Shown piece by piece: positions 10,437 through 19,587 of a stretch of 64,000 nucleotides of DNA. The position numbers and the translations under genes are program-made. The number at the start of each line of letters is the position of its first letter. The first letter of the stretch is position 1. The notes below the pieces were generated by a model, which saw nothing but the letters and a program-made list of their open reading frames with translations, had not been told where the DNA came from and ran no database searches. The stretch lies in contig CAYWUI010000007.1 in assembly GCA_964461435.1 (NCBI GenBank), positions 7,008 to 71,007 of the forward strand, in the 5' to 3' direction. Origin of the DNA: an uncultured Bacteroidales bacterium. GTDB lineage: Bacteria; Bacteroidota; Bacteroidia; Bacteroidales; UBA10428.

Positions 10437-11477
10437 ATGGATTCCGGAAAAAATAACAAGAGTGATTTAAAAAAGATAAAAAGGCTGCTTCAGAAACCAT
10501 CAAAGAGAATTGTTATAATTACTCATATAAATCCCGATGGTGATGCAATAGGTTCATCATTGGGGCTCTTAAACATATTAGTTAACGCCGGTCATATAAC
10601 TGATGTTATAACTCCTAATGATTATCCCGGGTTTTTACAGTGGTTGCCCGGAAATAATAGTGTACTTGTTTATTCTGGAAATAAGGAAGCTGCCCTTAAA
10701 AAAATCCTGGAAGCTGAAATCATCTTTAGCATTGATTTTAATGATTTAAAGAGAATAAAACAATTCTATAAACCGGTAGAAAATTCGGGTGCTTATAAAG
10801 TTATGATAGACCATCACCCTGATCCGGAATATTTTGCCGAATGCCTGATAAATGACGTTAATGTGAGCTCAACAGCCGAGTTGGTGTTTGATTTTATTAT
10901 AAATCTTGGATTTAAAAAATATATTAATAAAGAAGCTGCTGTATGTCTGTTTACCGGAATTATGGCTGATACAGGTTGCTTTAGTTACAATTCATCAAAT
11001 AAAAATACTTACCTTATAATTGCTGACCTGTTGGATTATAAATTCAGTAAGAATGAGATATACTACAGGCTTTATGATAATTTTACAGCAAACAGGATGC
11101 GGCTGCTTGGTTATGCCCTGAATGAAAAAATGGAAATACTCCCTGACTATAATACTGCTATTATAAGTTTAAACAAAAAAGAGCTGGAAAAGTATAAATT
11201 CCGGACCGGTGATTCGGAAAGTTTTGTAAATTATCCTCTTTCAATAAAAAATATATGCTTTTCTGCCTTTTTTATTGAAAGGGAAGACCATATTAAAGTA
11301 TCATTCCGCTCAAAAGGAGATTTTGCCGTTAACGAATTTTCAAAAAAACATTTTAATGGAGGCGGACATTTAAATGCTGCCGGCGGGGAATCTTACACAA
11401 CAATGAAAGAGACTCTGGAGAAATTCAAAAAACTGTTGCCTGCATATAAAGAAAAGCTAAAAAAATATGAAATTTAA
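10437..11477 (+). CDS. DHH/DHHA1 phosphoesterase (NrnA-like bifunctional oligoribonuclease / pAp phosphatase)
   Basis: 346 aa. Motifs present are HINPDGDAIGS, DHHPD and the DHHA1 GGGHLNAAGG. Confidence 0.85.
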   Translation: MDSGKNNKSDLKKIKRLLQKPSKRIVIITHINPDGDAIGSSLGLLNILVNAGHITDVITPNDYPGFLQWLPGNNSVLVYSGNKEAALKKILEAEIIFSIDFNDLKRIKQFYKPVENSGAYKVMIDHHPDPEYFAECLINDVNVSSTAELVFDFIINLGFKKYINKEAAVCLFTGIMADTGCFSYNSSNKNTYLIIADLLDYKFSKNEIYYRLYDNFTANRMRLLGYALNEKMEILPDYNTAIISLNKKELEKYKFRTGDSESFVNYPLSIKNICFSAFFIEREDHIKVSFRSKGDFAVNEFSKKHFNGGGHLNAAGGESYTTMKETLEKFKKLLPAYKEKLKKYEI

Positions 11478-11988
11478 AATACATGTAATATTACTTTGCG
11501 TCTTCCTGGTTTCATGTATGGGGAAACGCAGGAGACCGGCAGAAGAAGAACATAACGATACAAAAAAAACTCTTATAGAGGTAAATAAGATCCTTGTTAA
11601 AAAAGACTCCGAAAAGATAGCCGGTTATATTAAAAGAAGAAACTGGGATATGACTGAAACCAAAACAGGTTTATGGTACATGATATATGAGAATGGATCG
11701 GGTAAAAAATCAAAAGAGGGACTTAACGCTACAATTAATTACAGGGTCAGCCTTCTTGACGGAACCGAATGCTACAACTCTGACAGCCCTGGACCGAAAA
11801 CATTTAAAATTGGAAGGGGATCGGTAGAATCAGGGCTCGAAGAAGGTATTCTAATGCTAAGGGAAGGTGATAAGGCAAGGTTTATTTTACCACCTCACCT
11901 GGCACACGGATTGGTAGGTGATGATAATAGAATACCTGCCCGTTCAATAATTGTATATGACGTGGAACTGTTATCGCTTAAAAATTGA
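11467..11988 (+). CDS. FKBP-type peptidyl-prolyl cis-trans isomerase lipoprotein (GldI-like size and architecture)
   Basis: 173 aa. Lipobox LCVFLVSC. The FKBP core reads NYRVSLLDGTECYNSD...FKIGRGSVESGLEEGILMLREGDKARFILPPHLAHG...VYDVELLSL. It overlaps the nrnA-like stop by 11 nt. Confidence 0.85.
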   Translation: MKFKIHVILLCVFLVSCMGKRRRPAEEEHNDTKKTLIEVNKILVKKDSEKIAGYIKRRNWDMTETKTGLWYMIYENGSGKKSKEGLNATINYRVSLLDGTECYNSDSPGPKTFKIGRGSVESGLEEGILMLREGDKARFILPPHLAHGLVGDDNRIPARSIIVYDVELLSLKN

Positions 11989-12010
11989 TATAATCAAATA
12001 TATTACTGAT

Positions 12011-12877
12011 ATGAAACAATATCTTATCCTGCTCGGGGTGCTTTTTTTATTTCTGACGTCATGTTATGATAAATCAAAATATCCCGGTTATAAGCTTGCA
12101 AGGCATGGTATATATTACCAGTTACATAAAATAGGTGAAGACACTCAAAAACCAAAGGCCGGGGATTTTGTTACAGTGGACCTGTCTTATAAAACTCTCG
12201 GTGATTCTGTTTTTTTTACAGGAAGGAGAAAGTTCCAGATTACAAAACCTGCCTATAAAGGGTCCATTGACGAATGCTTTATGATGCTTGCTGAAAAAGA
12301 AAGTGCTACATTCATAATTTCAGCATATGACTTTTTCAATAAAACACTTCAAACGAGGCTGCCCTGGTTCTTTAATGAAAATAGCAGTATGAAAGTAACT
12401 ATTGATGTAATTGAAATTCAAACCGAAGAACAGTATCAGAAAGAAAAGGAAGCATTTTTCAGATGGATCCAGGATTTCGGTGATTACGAAAAAGTTATCT
12501 TAAAACAATTTCTTGAAGAAAAGGAATTGCCCGTCAAACCTATATTACCGGGAATTTATTATATTAATTTGCGGAAAGGCAAAGGCAAAAAGATTGAAAT
12601 CGGCGACACTATTACAATTAATTATGAAGGTAAATTTTTAAATGGTAAATTCTTTGACTCGACAATAAAACGCAATCAACCCTTCCAGTTTATATACGGA
12701 ACTGAATGGCAAGTAATTAAGGGACTTGAAAAGGCATTAGGATTTATGCATGAAGGTGAAAAGGCAATAGTAATTTTATCATCTGACCTGGCTTTTGGCA
12801 AAGAAGGATCATCTACAGGCATTATTCCGCCTTTTACATCTTTAATTTTTGAAGTTGAAATTTTAAAAGTAAATTAG
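12011..12877 (+). CDS. FKBP-type peptidyl-prolyl isomerase lipoprotein with two FKBP-like domains
   Basis: I chose ATG 12011 (MKQYLILLGVLFLFLTSC lipobox) over the ORF-track start at 11951, which overlaps the previous gene. The C-terminal FKBP core reads NYEGKFLNGKFFDST...QFIYGTEWQVIKGLEKALGFMHEGEKAIVILSSDLAFG...IFEVEILKV. Confidence 0.85.
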   Translation: MKQYLILLGVLFLFLTSCYDKSKYPGYKLARHGIYYQLHKIGEDTQKPKAGDFVTVDLSYKTLGDSVFFTGRRKFQITKPAYKGSIDECFMMLAEKESATFIISAYDFFNKTLQTRLPWFFNENSSMKVTIDVIEIQTEEQYQKEKEAFFRWIQDFGDYEKVILKQFLEEKELPVKPILPGIYYINLRKGKGKKIEIGDTITINYEGKFLNGKFFDSTIKRNQPFQFIYGTEWQVIKGLEKALGFMHEGEKAIVILSSDLAFGKEGSSTGIIPPFTSLIFEVEILKVN

Positions 12878-12950
12878 CAGAAAATATAAAAGCAACCTTT
12901 TTTATTATGAATCATCTATTAATATTACAATTACTAATTAATAAACAAAA

Positions 12951-13919
12951 ATGAAAAAAATATTTAACGGCCTGGTAATTATCCTGGTAATATTTATGAA
13001 TATTGTCCTTAACGGTTGTTTTAAAGACAAATGGGATGAATACGAAAAACAGGAAAAATCCGAGAGGGATGCCTATTTGCAGTCATTGAGAGATCAGGGC
13101 TATACAGTAATTGAAGAGGATGGCATCTACTATGTAAAGATAACTGAGGGTTCAGGCATTTCGCCAATAATAACCGATTACGTTGCAATAGACTTTACGG
13201 GACGAAAAACCGATAACACAATTATTGAAACAACTGACAGCAATCTTATAGATGAATGGACTAACTACCAGTATCTCGATCATTATATTTTCGGCCCAAA
13301 GAAAATATATTTGGGAAACAGTATCGAGGGATTTTACAGGGGTGTTACAAAAATGCATGAAGGTGGAAGATTTATAATAATTATTCCCTCGGAATTAGCT
13401 TACCCGCAAGACTATGTAACATTAATATATGATGTTGAACTTCTAAAAGTAATTCACGATCCTGCTGCCTATGATTCAATTCAGCTGAATACCTTGCTTG
13501 CAGAACAAAACATGGACACTACAAATATTATTGATAATGTGTACTATAACGAAACAGGGGCTCCTATACTAGACCATTCAGGGACAATTGAAACAAACGA
13601 TTCGGTATACGTTCTGTTTGACAGTTATTATATTATGGAAAATTCCCTGATATTATTCGAATCTAACCGGACGGATAACAGCCATCTTAAATTCAAATAT
13701 TCCAAATCCGCAACTGCCCCCGAAGGATATCTTCCTTTCACTGATGGTTTTCTTGCGGCACTCGATACTATGAGTATGGGAACAAAGGCAAGGGTTATAG
13801 TACCTTATGATTACGGATATGAAGAAGCCGGCTACAAGCATCCTTATTTCGGTTATATAATTGTTCCTGCATATACTTCACTGGTTTATGATATAGAAAT
13901 TGAAGATGTGATAAAATAG
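12951..13919 (+). CDS. FKBP-like double-domain lipoprotein (degenerate PPIase motifs)
   Basis: 322 aa. Signal ending LNGC. It has two FKBP-shaped segments ending in ...IYDVELLKV and ...VYDIEIEDV. The core residues are more divergent than in the two upstream genes. Confidence 0.65.
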   Translation: MKKIFNGLVIILVIFMNIVLNGCFKDKWDEYEKQEKSERDAYLQSLRDQGYTVIEEDGIYYVKITEGSGISPIITDYVAIDFTGRKTDNTIIETTDSNLIDEWTNYQYLDHYIFGPKKIYLGNSIEGFYRGVTKMHEGGRFIIIIPSELAYPQDYVTLIYDVELLKVIHDPAAYDSIQLNTLLAEQNMDTTNIIDNVYYNETGAPILDHSGTIETNDSVYVLFDSYYIMENSLILFESNRTDNSHLKFKYSKSATAPEGYLPFTDGFLAALDTMSMGTKARVIVPYDYGYEEAGYKHPYFGYIIVPAYTSLVYDIEIEDVIK

Positions 13920-13938
13920 TATGCCTGTTACTATATTA

Positions 13939-14661
13939 TTACTTTCTGATCCCTGATTTTGTTTTCTGTATAATAAATACTGCAGGTTTTTTATTGATAT
14001 CTGCCTGCTGTTTTTCCCATTCACTAATAGTACGAGTTCTTACCGATTCACCGGTCATTGTCAGATTAGTGGCAATACAAAGATATGTCATGGGATCACA
14101 ATAATTAATAAGATCATTAAATACCTGGTTATTACGATAAGGCGTTTCAATGAATATTTGTGACTGGCCCTCCTCAAATGATCGCTTCTCAACTTGTTTA
14201 ATTTTTTTAATCCTCTCGTTTCTCTTTATCGGAAGATATCCGATAAATGCAAAATTCTGCCCGTTGAGCCCCGAGGCCATCAACGCAAGCAACAGGGATG
14301 AAGGTCCCACCAGCGGTATAACACTGATGTTTTTCATATGTGCCAGTCTGACTATTGCTGAACCCGGATCGGCAACACAGGGTGCCCCTGCTTCGGACAG
14401 GAGACCAATATTCGCTACTGAAACCGGATCAAGAAATCCGGAAAGCTCATCCTGCCTGGTATGTTTATCAAGGGTGAAAAATACTATATCATCAAAAGGA
14501 GTTTTTATTCCGAGCTGAATAAGGAATCTCCTTGCCGTTCTGACGTTCTCAACGATAAAATATTTAATGGAATGCACTATATCAATTATTCCCGGCGGTA
14601 TAACGTTGCTGATTGAATCTATCCCAAGCGTTGACGGGATTAAATATAATTTACCTTTCAT
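13939..14661 (-). CDS. Tetrapyrrole-methylase-fold SAM-dependent methyltransferase (RsmI-like)
   Basis: 240 aa. It has LYLIPSTLG near the N-terminus and the RsmI-type motif LLSEAGAPCVADPGS. Confidence 0.75.
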   Translation of the reverse strand: MKGKLYLIPSTLGIDSISNVIPPGIIDIVHSIKYFIVENVRTARRFLIQLGIKTPFDDIVFFTLDKHTRQDELSGFLDPVSVANIGLLSEAGAPCVADPGSAIVRLAHMKNISVIPLVGPSSLLLALMASGLNGQNFAFIGYLPIKRNERIKKIKQVEKRSFEEGQSQIFIETPYRNNQVFNDLINYCDPMTYLCIATNLTMTGESVRTRTISEWEKQQADINKKPAVFIIQKTKSGIRK

Positions 14662-14818
14662 CTCTATTTAAAATATATTAAATAATCATCAAGACATTTA
14701 CTAATAAATATAACCGCGAAATTAACCAAAAATAATTGCAGAATCTCCATATGATTTATCTGCGGTTAAGTTAACATAAACTTAATATTAAATAAGTCCC
14801 TCTTTAGTATGTAAAAAT

Positions 14819-14826
14819 TACATTTG
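14819..14826 (+). promoter_or_regulatory. Candidate -7 promoter box TACATTTG (TAnnTTTG) for the PiT gene
   Basis: Exact consensus match. The box ends 30 nt upstream of the GTG start at 14857. Confidence 0.35.
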
Positions 14827-14856
14827 CATAACTGAGTGTACCCTAATTAAGTAATA

Positions 14857-17106
14857 GTGACCATATACATAATCATTGTAGTTGTGCTATTTACACTGGC
14901 CGTGTCAGATCTGATCGTCGGTGTAAGCAATGATGCCGTGAATTTTCTCAATTCAGCTATTGGCTCCAAAGCTGCCCCTTTTAAAATAATTATAATAATT
15001 GCCGCACTGGGTATCCTTGCAGGAGCCACCTTCTCAAGCGGGATGATGGAAGTTGCCAGAAAAGGTATCTTTCACCCTGATCAGTTTTACTTTTCAGAAA
15101 TTATGATCATCTTTCTTGCTGTAATGATTACTGATGTTATCCTGCTTGATTTTTTCAATACATTCGGATTGCCAACTTCAACGACGGTTTCCATAGTTTT
15201 TGAATTGCTGGGAGGCGCCGTTGCCATTTCTCTGATAAAAATCAGCAGTTCCCCTGACGGGATCGCCAATATAGGAACCTATATCAATTCGGGCAGGGCC
15301 CTGTTAATTATATCGGGTATATTATTATCAGTATTCATAGCATTTACTGTAGGGGCTGTTGTACAGTATATTACAAGATTAATATTTTCATTCAATTATA
15401 AAAAATCGTTAAAGTTTTTTGGATCGGTCTGGGGAGGCTTTGCCGTTACTTCTATAATATATTTCATTATTATAAAGGGAGCAAAAGGTTCTTCATTTAT
15501 TTCAGGTGAAAACATAGACTGGATTAAGGGACATACACTGGCCATACTAATGGTAAGCTTTGCAGGATTTACTGTCCTTATGCAATTGCTGATATGGCTC
15601 TTTAAGCTTAATGTACTGAAATTAATTGTGCTTGTAGGAACTTTTGCACTGGCAATGGCCTTTGCAGGGAATGACCTTGTTAACTTTATAGGAGTGCCCC
15701 TGGCAGGTTTTGAGTCTTTTAAAATTTTTGCGGCCCAGGGTGCCCAGGGTCCCGGTTCTTTTCTGATGAATGCCCTTAAAGGTGAAATAGCTACACCTAC
15801 AATGTTCCTTCTTATTGCAGGATTAATAATGGTCATCACCCTCTGGGTATCAAGGAAAGCACGATCGGTCATTAAAACACAATTACGGCTAAGCGACCAG
15901 GACAGGGTAAATGAAAGATTTGGCTCCACATTACTTGCACGAACACTTGTAAGGCAGTCAATGCAATTAGGTAAATTCATTAAAGGAATATTGCCGGAAC
16001 CGTTTTTAAAAGCTGTTGACCGGAGATTTAATGATAAGTATTTTAAGAAATCAGTAAAAAAAGACAAATCCATATCCTTTGATTTATTAAGAGCTTCTGT
16101 AAACCTTGTTATAGCAAGTATTCTCATTGCTTTCGGAACATCACAAAAACTCCCCCTGTCAACCACTTATGTAACATTTATGGTGGGAATGGGAACATCG
16201 CTGGCAGACGGCGCATGGAACAGGGAAAGTGCAGTATATAGAGTTACCGGGGTGATGACAGTAATTGGCGGCTGGTTTTTTACAGCCCTCAGTGCCTTTT
16301 CAGTGGCCTTCCTTATTGCTTTGTTTATTAACTGGTTTAATATATATGCCATATTAATATTAATTGCCCTTACAGTATTCTTCCTTTATAAAACACATAT
16401 TCTTCACTCCAGTAAAGAAAAAGCAGAAAAAAAAGCTGATACCGTATTTAGTGAAAGCCTGTCTCTTAAAGGTGAAACGATTTTTGAAAAATGTAATTCG
16501 AATATTATTTCCACTTTGCTTGCTGTGTCTGAATTATATGACATGGTAATAAACGGACTGATAGGTGAAAAAAGAAAAAAACTTAAAAAAGCGTTGAAAG
16601 AAATTAAGAAGCTTAATAAAGAAATAAAATTCATAAAAAGTAATATACATATCACTATCAACAAACTTGAAGATAAAACAGCCGAAAGCGGACATCATTA
16701 TGTGCAGGTTCTGGATTATTTAGGTGATATCACTCATTGCTTGCTTAATATTACCATACCGGTTTTTAACCATGTCGACAACAATCATGCTCCCCTGAAA
16801 AACAGTCAAATAAAAAATCTGTCCGGTTTTCAAAAAAGTATCGGTAAGTTTTTCAGGCAGGCAATAAATATAATTACCGATAATTCATATAAAGATATTA
16901 AAGCTGTTGTATCGTATTCGGAAAAATTATCGGACAGGACGGTAAAGCTGCGCAAGGATCAGCTTAATATTTTTAAAACAAATAATATAAGCACCCGTAT
17001 TGGCTTACTGTACCTAGACTTTCTGGTAGAAAGCAAAAACCTGATGTTATTTACAATAAACCTGCTTAAGGCTTCGAAAGAATTTACCCGGCATTTTAAA
17101 CCGTAA
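14857..17106 (+). CDS. PiT (PHO4) family inorganic phosphate transporter with a long C-terminal helical PhoU-like extension
   Basis: 749 aa with a GTG start. It carries the duplicated PiT signature (VGVSNDAVNFLNSAIGS and AFAGNDLVNFIGVPLAG) and many TM segments. The last ~230 aa are soluble and K/E-rich. Confidence 0.85.
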   Translation: MTIYIIIVVVLFTLAVSDLIVGVSNDAVNFLNSAIGSKAAPFKIIIIIAALGILAGATFSSGMMEVARKGIFHPDQFYFSEIMIIFLAVMITDVILLDFFNTFGLPTSTTVSIVFELLGGAVAISLIKISSSPDGIANIGTYINSGRALLIISGILLSVFIAFTVGAVVQYITRLIFSFNYKKSLKFFGSVWGGFAVTSIIYFIIIKGAKGSSFISGENIDWIKGHTLAILMVSFAGFTVLMQLLIWLFKLNVLKLIVLVGTFALAMAFAGNDLVNFIGVPLAGFESFKIFAAQGAQGPGSFLMNALKGEIATPTMFLLIAGLIMVITLWVSRKARSVIKTQLRLSDQDRVNERFGSTLLARTLVRQSMQLGKFIKGILPEPFLKAVDRRFNDKYFKKSVKKDKSISFDLLRASVNLVIASILIAFGTSQKLPLSTTYVTFMVGMGTSLADGAWNRESAVYRVTGVMTVIGGWFFTALSAFSVAFLIALFINWFNIYAILILIALTVFFLYKTHILHSSKEKAEKKADTVFSESLSLKGETIFEKCNSNIISTLLAVSELYDMVINGLIGEKRKKLKKALKEIKKLNKEIKFIKSNIHITINKLEDKTAESGHHYVQVLDYLGDITHCLLNITIPVFNHVDNNHAPLKNSQIKNLSGFQKSIGKFFRQAINIITDNSYKDIKAVVSYSEKLSDRTVKLRKDQLNIFKTNNISTRIGLLYLDFLVESKNLMLFTINLLKASKEFTRHFKP

Positions 17107-17227
17107 ACCGGGACATGAATAGCGGCGATAAGTCTGAACTCACCTGCAGATTCAATAAACAAAAATCTTTAATTCGTGATAAGTATATTTTTGAGAAAAT
17201 TCATTTATATATTTAAAGTTAAAAATA

Positions 17228-17235
17228 TATATTTG
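17228..17235 (+). promoter_or_regulatory. Candidate -7 promoter box TATATTTG for the ankyrin gene
   Basis: Exact TAnnTTTG match. The box ends 13 nt before ATG 17249 and 28 nt before ATG 17264. This spacing favours 17264 as the real start. Confidence 0.35.
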
Positions 17236-17248
17236 ACAACTGTTAATA

Positions 17249-18691
17249 ATGCAGCAATTAATTATGCATATTAAAAAGGAATTTTTAAAAATATTACTAC
17301 TGATGCTTTCCATCAGCGGATTTAGCCAGGATTCGACTAATGTTGACACAACTGTCACCGATACCTCGTTTTATGTCAGAGGGAATATGGATTATAACCT
17401 TATTCTTGCCACCGAGAAAGGCTATACAAATGAAGTACTGCGTCTCTTAAACAGGGGAGCTGATATTAATACAAAAACATGGGAAGGTATAACCCCTCTT
17501 ATGTATGCAATTCAGAACCAGGATACAAACATGGTCAAGATTCTGGTATTGAACGGCGCGGATGTTGATAAAAAGCCCGATAATGGAATACCGGGCTTAA
17601 TAAATGCAGTAATGGCTGACAACCTGGATATTGCTGAATATCTTATAAGAAAGGGGGCTGATATAAACATTTCTGATAATTATGGCAATACCCCCCTGAT
17701 GTATGCAACGGCTTACGGACACCTAGTAATGGCAGATATGCTGATTTATTATGAAGCCGATGTAAATAAAAAGAATAACACCGGAACAGATGCCCTGATG
17801 ATTGCATCATTTTATGGCGATTATGACCTGGCAACCATTTTGATTGAAGCGGGGGCAACAGTTAATTCAGAAGATAATAACGGTTACTCAGCAATACACT
17901 GCGCTACACAAAATGATTATTCCGATATCGTAGATTTGCTGACAGACAATGGCGCTGATATTGACAGTAAAACTCACAAAGGTTATTCTCCATTAGCTAT
18001 TGCAGTGGTAAATAATGATTTTGAATTATCAAAACACCTGACAGAAAAGGGAGCAAATGTAAATGAAAAAATATCATTCTCTGAAAATCCGGTATCATTG
18101 GCCCGCTATTATAAAAACAGAACAATTAAAAAATTCCTGCTGCAGAATGAGGGAAGAAGAAATCCATGGCCTTCCTTTAACCAGTATAGCTTTGGCCTTA
18201 ATGTCAACTGCAACTTAAATGACTTCATGACAGGATTGGAAATAGGGTTGCAGGATAAAAAATACAATATTTCTGTAAATTCCGGACTGGTATTGCGGCC
18301 CTGGTCGATCAGGGTTCTTGAAAAAGAAACCCCGGAATTATCTTATCAATACAGGGAAAGGAGAACAACCCTCTTTCTTGGCCTGTATAAAAAAATCAAC
18401 CTGGTAAAACTTAATAACCGGTTTAACACGGGGATACTGCTGGGAGCGAAAGAGGCATATACTTTCGGGAGTTACAGGGGCTCCCTGGAAAAACCCGGCA
18501 ATAAAATGATACTGGCTCCGGGGACAGGCATATACTGGAATAATAATTTTTTTGAAGTAAATCTTATTTATGAATACCTGAAATATGATCTGTACAAAAT
18601 CAAACCGGGCAGAATAAATATATCGGTTAACTTTAAAATTAACAGAAATAAAAATAATTACATTCCAAAGGAAATAAAGGATTTTAATTAA
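17249..18691 (+). CDS. Secreted ankyrin-repeat protein with uncharacterised beta-rich C-terminal domain
   Basis: 480 aa. The likely true start is ATG 17264 (MHIKKEFLKILLLMLSISGFSQD signal peptide). There are about 7 ANK repeats (G.TPLMYA...G....V..LL..GADVN pattern, repeated). The last ~180 aa are non-ANK with alternating hydrophobic strands. Confidence 0.8.
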   Translation: MQQLIMHIKKEFLKILLLMLSISGFSQDSTNVDTTVTDTSFYVRGNMDYNLILATEKGYTNEVLRLLNRGADINTKTWEGITPLMYAIQNQDTNMVKILVLNGADVDKKPDNGIPGLINAVMADNLDIAEYLIRKGADINISDNYGNTPLMYATAYGHLVMADMLIYYEADVNKKNNTGTDALMIASFYGDYDLATILIEAGATVNSEDNNGYSAIHCATQNDYSDIVDLLTDNGADIDSKTHKGYSPLAIAVVNNDFELSKHLTEKGANVNEKISFSENPVSLARYYKNRTIKKFLLQNEGRRNPWPSFNQYSFGLNVNCNLNDFMTGLEIGLQDKKYNISVNSGLVLRPWSIRVLEKETPELSYQYRERRTTLFLGLYKKINLVKLNNRFNTGILLGAKEAYTFGSYRGSLEKPGNKMILAPGTGIYWNNNFFEVNLIYEYLKYDLYKIKPGRINISVNFKINRNKNNYIPKEIKDFN

Positions 18692-18707
18692 AAATTCGAC
18701 AGTTATT

Positions 18708-19121
18708 ATGTATAGATTTGTAATAATAGCTTTTCTTGGTTTTTTGACCTGTTCATGCAGTGAAAAGATATTTACTGCCGGTGTGGATTGCGATGAGTGT
18801 TACCGTGTAAAACCTGACAGTGCCTACCTGAGAGTGGATCTAACCATAAATGATACTTATGAAACAATTCCCCTGGTTATATACAGAAATGAGGTGGAAA
18901 AAAACGATACCGAATATGTTGACACAGCATACGAGAGTCCGTATTACCTGCTGGTTCCTGTAAATAAAGAATACTCTGTTGCAGCAGAGTATATTAAAGC
19001 TACTGATAAAATAATTGCTATAGATGGTACCAGGATTAAAATAAAACATGTAAGCAGCGAGTGTGATGAGGATTGCTGGATCATCGAAGGAGATGAGTTG
19101 AATATGGAGCTGAAGTATTAA
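18708..19121 (+). CDS. Hypothetical lipoprotein (137 aa, six Cys after the signal peptide)
   Basis: Lipobox FLGFLTCSC. It lies 16 nt after the ankyrin gene, so the two are probably co-transcribed. I recognise no motif. Confidence 0.6.
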   Translation: MYRFVIIAFLGFLTCSCSEKIFTAGVDCDECYRVKPDSAYLRVDLTINDTYETIPLVIYRNEVEKNDTEYVDTAYESPYYLLVPVNKEYSVAAEYIKATDKIIAIDGTRIKIKHVSSECDEDCWIIEGDELNMELKY

Positions 19122-19128
19122 TACCCCT

Positions 19129-19524
19129 TTACTGAAGAAGTTTTATTTCTACTGCAGAATTACCCGGTTTGTTATCCTTAAACCGTATAAGTATATCATA
19201 GAATGCGGTTTTACTACAAACAAAGCTGAAGACTTCATAATATTTATCTTCCAGTACATTAGTCAGCACAAGCTTGTCTGCATCTAACAATTCAAAAATA
19301 GCTTCCCCTGCATAGCCATCAAGATGATTTGTGACTATAAACTTATAAGTTGATCCTTTATTAAATTTAGTTGTCATAAAATACTCGTTCTCATAATCCT
19401 GTTCGCTTATCTCATCCAGCCTGAAGTCAATTACTTTGATAAAAATTTCTTTTTGAGCATATGTGTTCTTAATAAAGAGGAATAAGAATGCCGTCAAAAT
19501 TATTAAGATTTTAAACCTTACCAT
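19129..19524 (-). CDS. Hypothetical secreted protein (131 aa)
   Basis: Signal peptide MVRFKILIILTAFLFLFIKNTYAQ. No recognisable motif. Confidence 0.55.
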   Translation of the reverse strand: MVRFKILIILTAFLFLFIKNTYAQKEIFIKVIDFRLDEISEQDYENEYFMTTKFNKGSTYKFIVTNHLDGYAGEAIFELLDADKLVLTNVLEDKYYEVFSFVCSKTAFYDILIRFKDNKPGNSAVEIKLLQ

Positions 19525-19587
19525 TTTTATTTATTTCTAAAAGATTACATAAAGTCACTTTTTAAAATAAATCAACCGGACAGAAAA

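Noticed and set aside
11951-12010. ORF-track start (ATG 11951) for the second FKBP gene
   Set aside because: It overlaps the previous gene by 38 nt and adds 20 residues ahead of a perfect lipoprotein signal that begins at ATG 12011.
15396-16166. 256-aa ORF antisense to the PiT transporter gene
   Set aside because: The sense strand carries the duplicated PiT signature and coherent TM helices. The antisense frame is offset by one base, so its stops would require sense NNY-TAY or NNT-CAN dicodons (Tyr/His/Gln after T/C-ending codons). These are scarce in this hydrophobic segment. Its translation is low-complexity with no recognisable motif.
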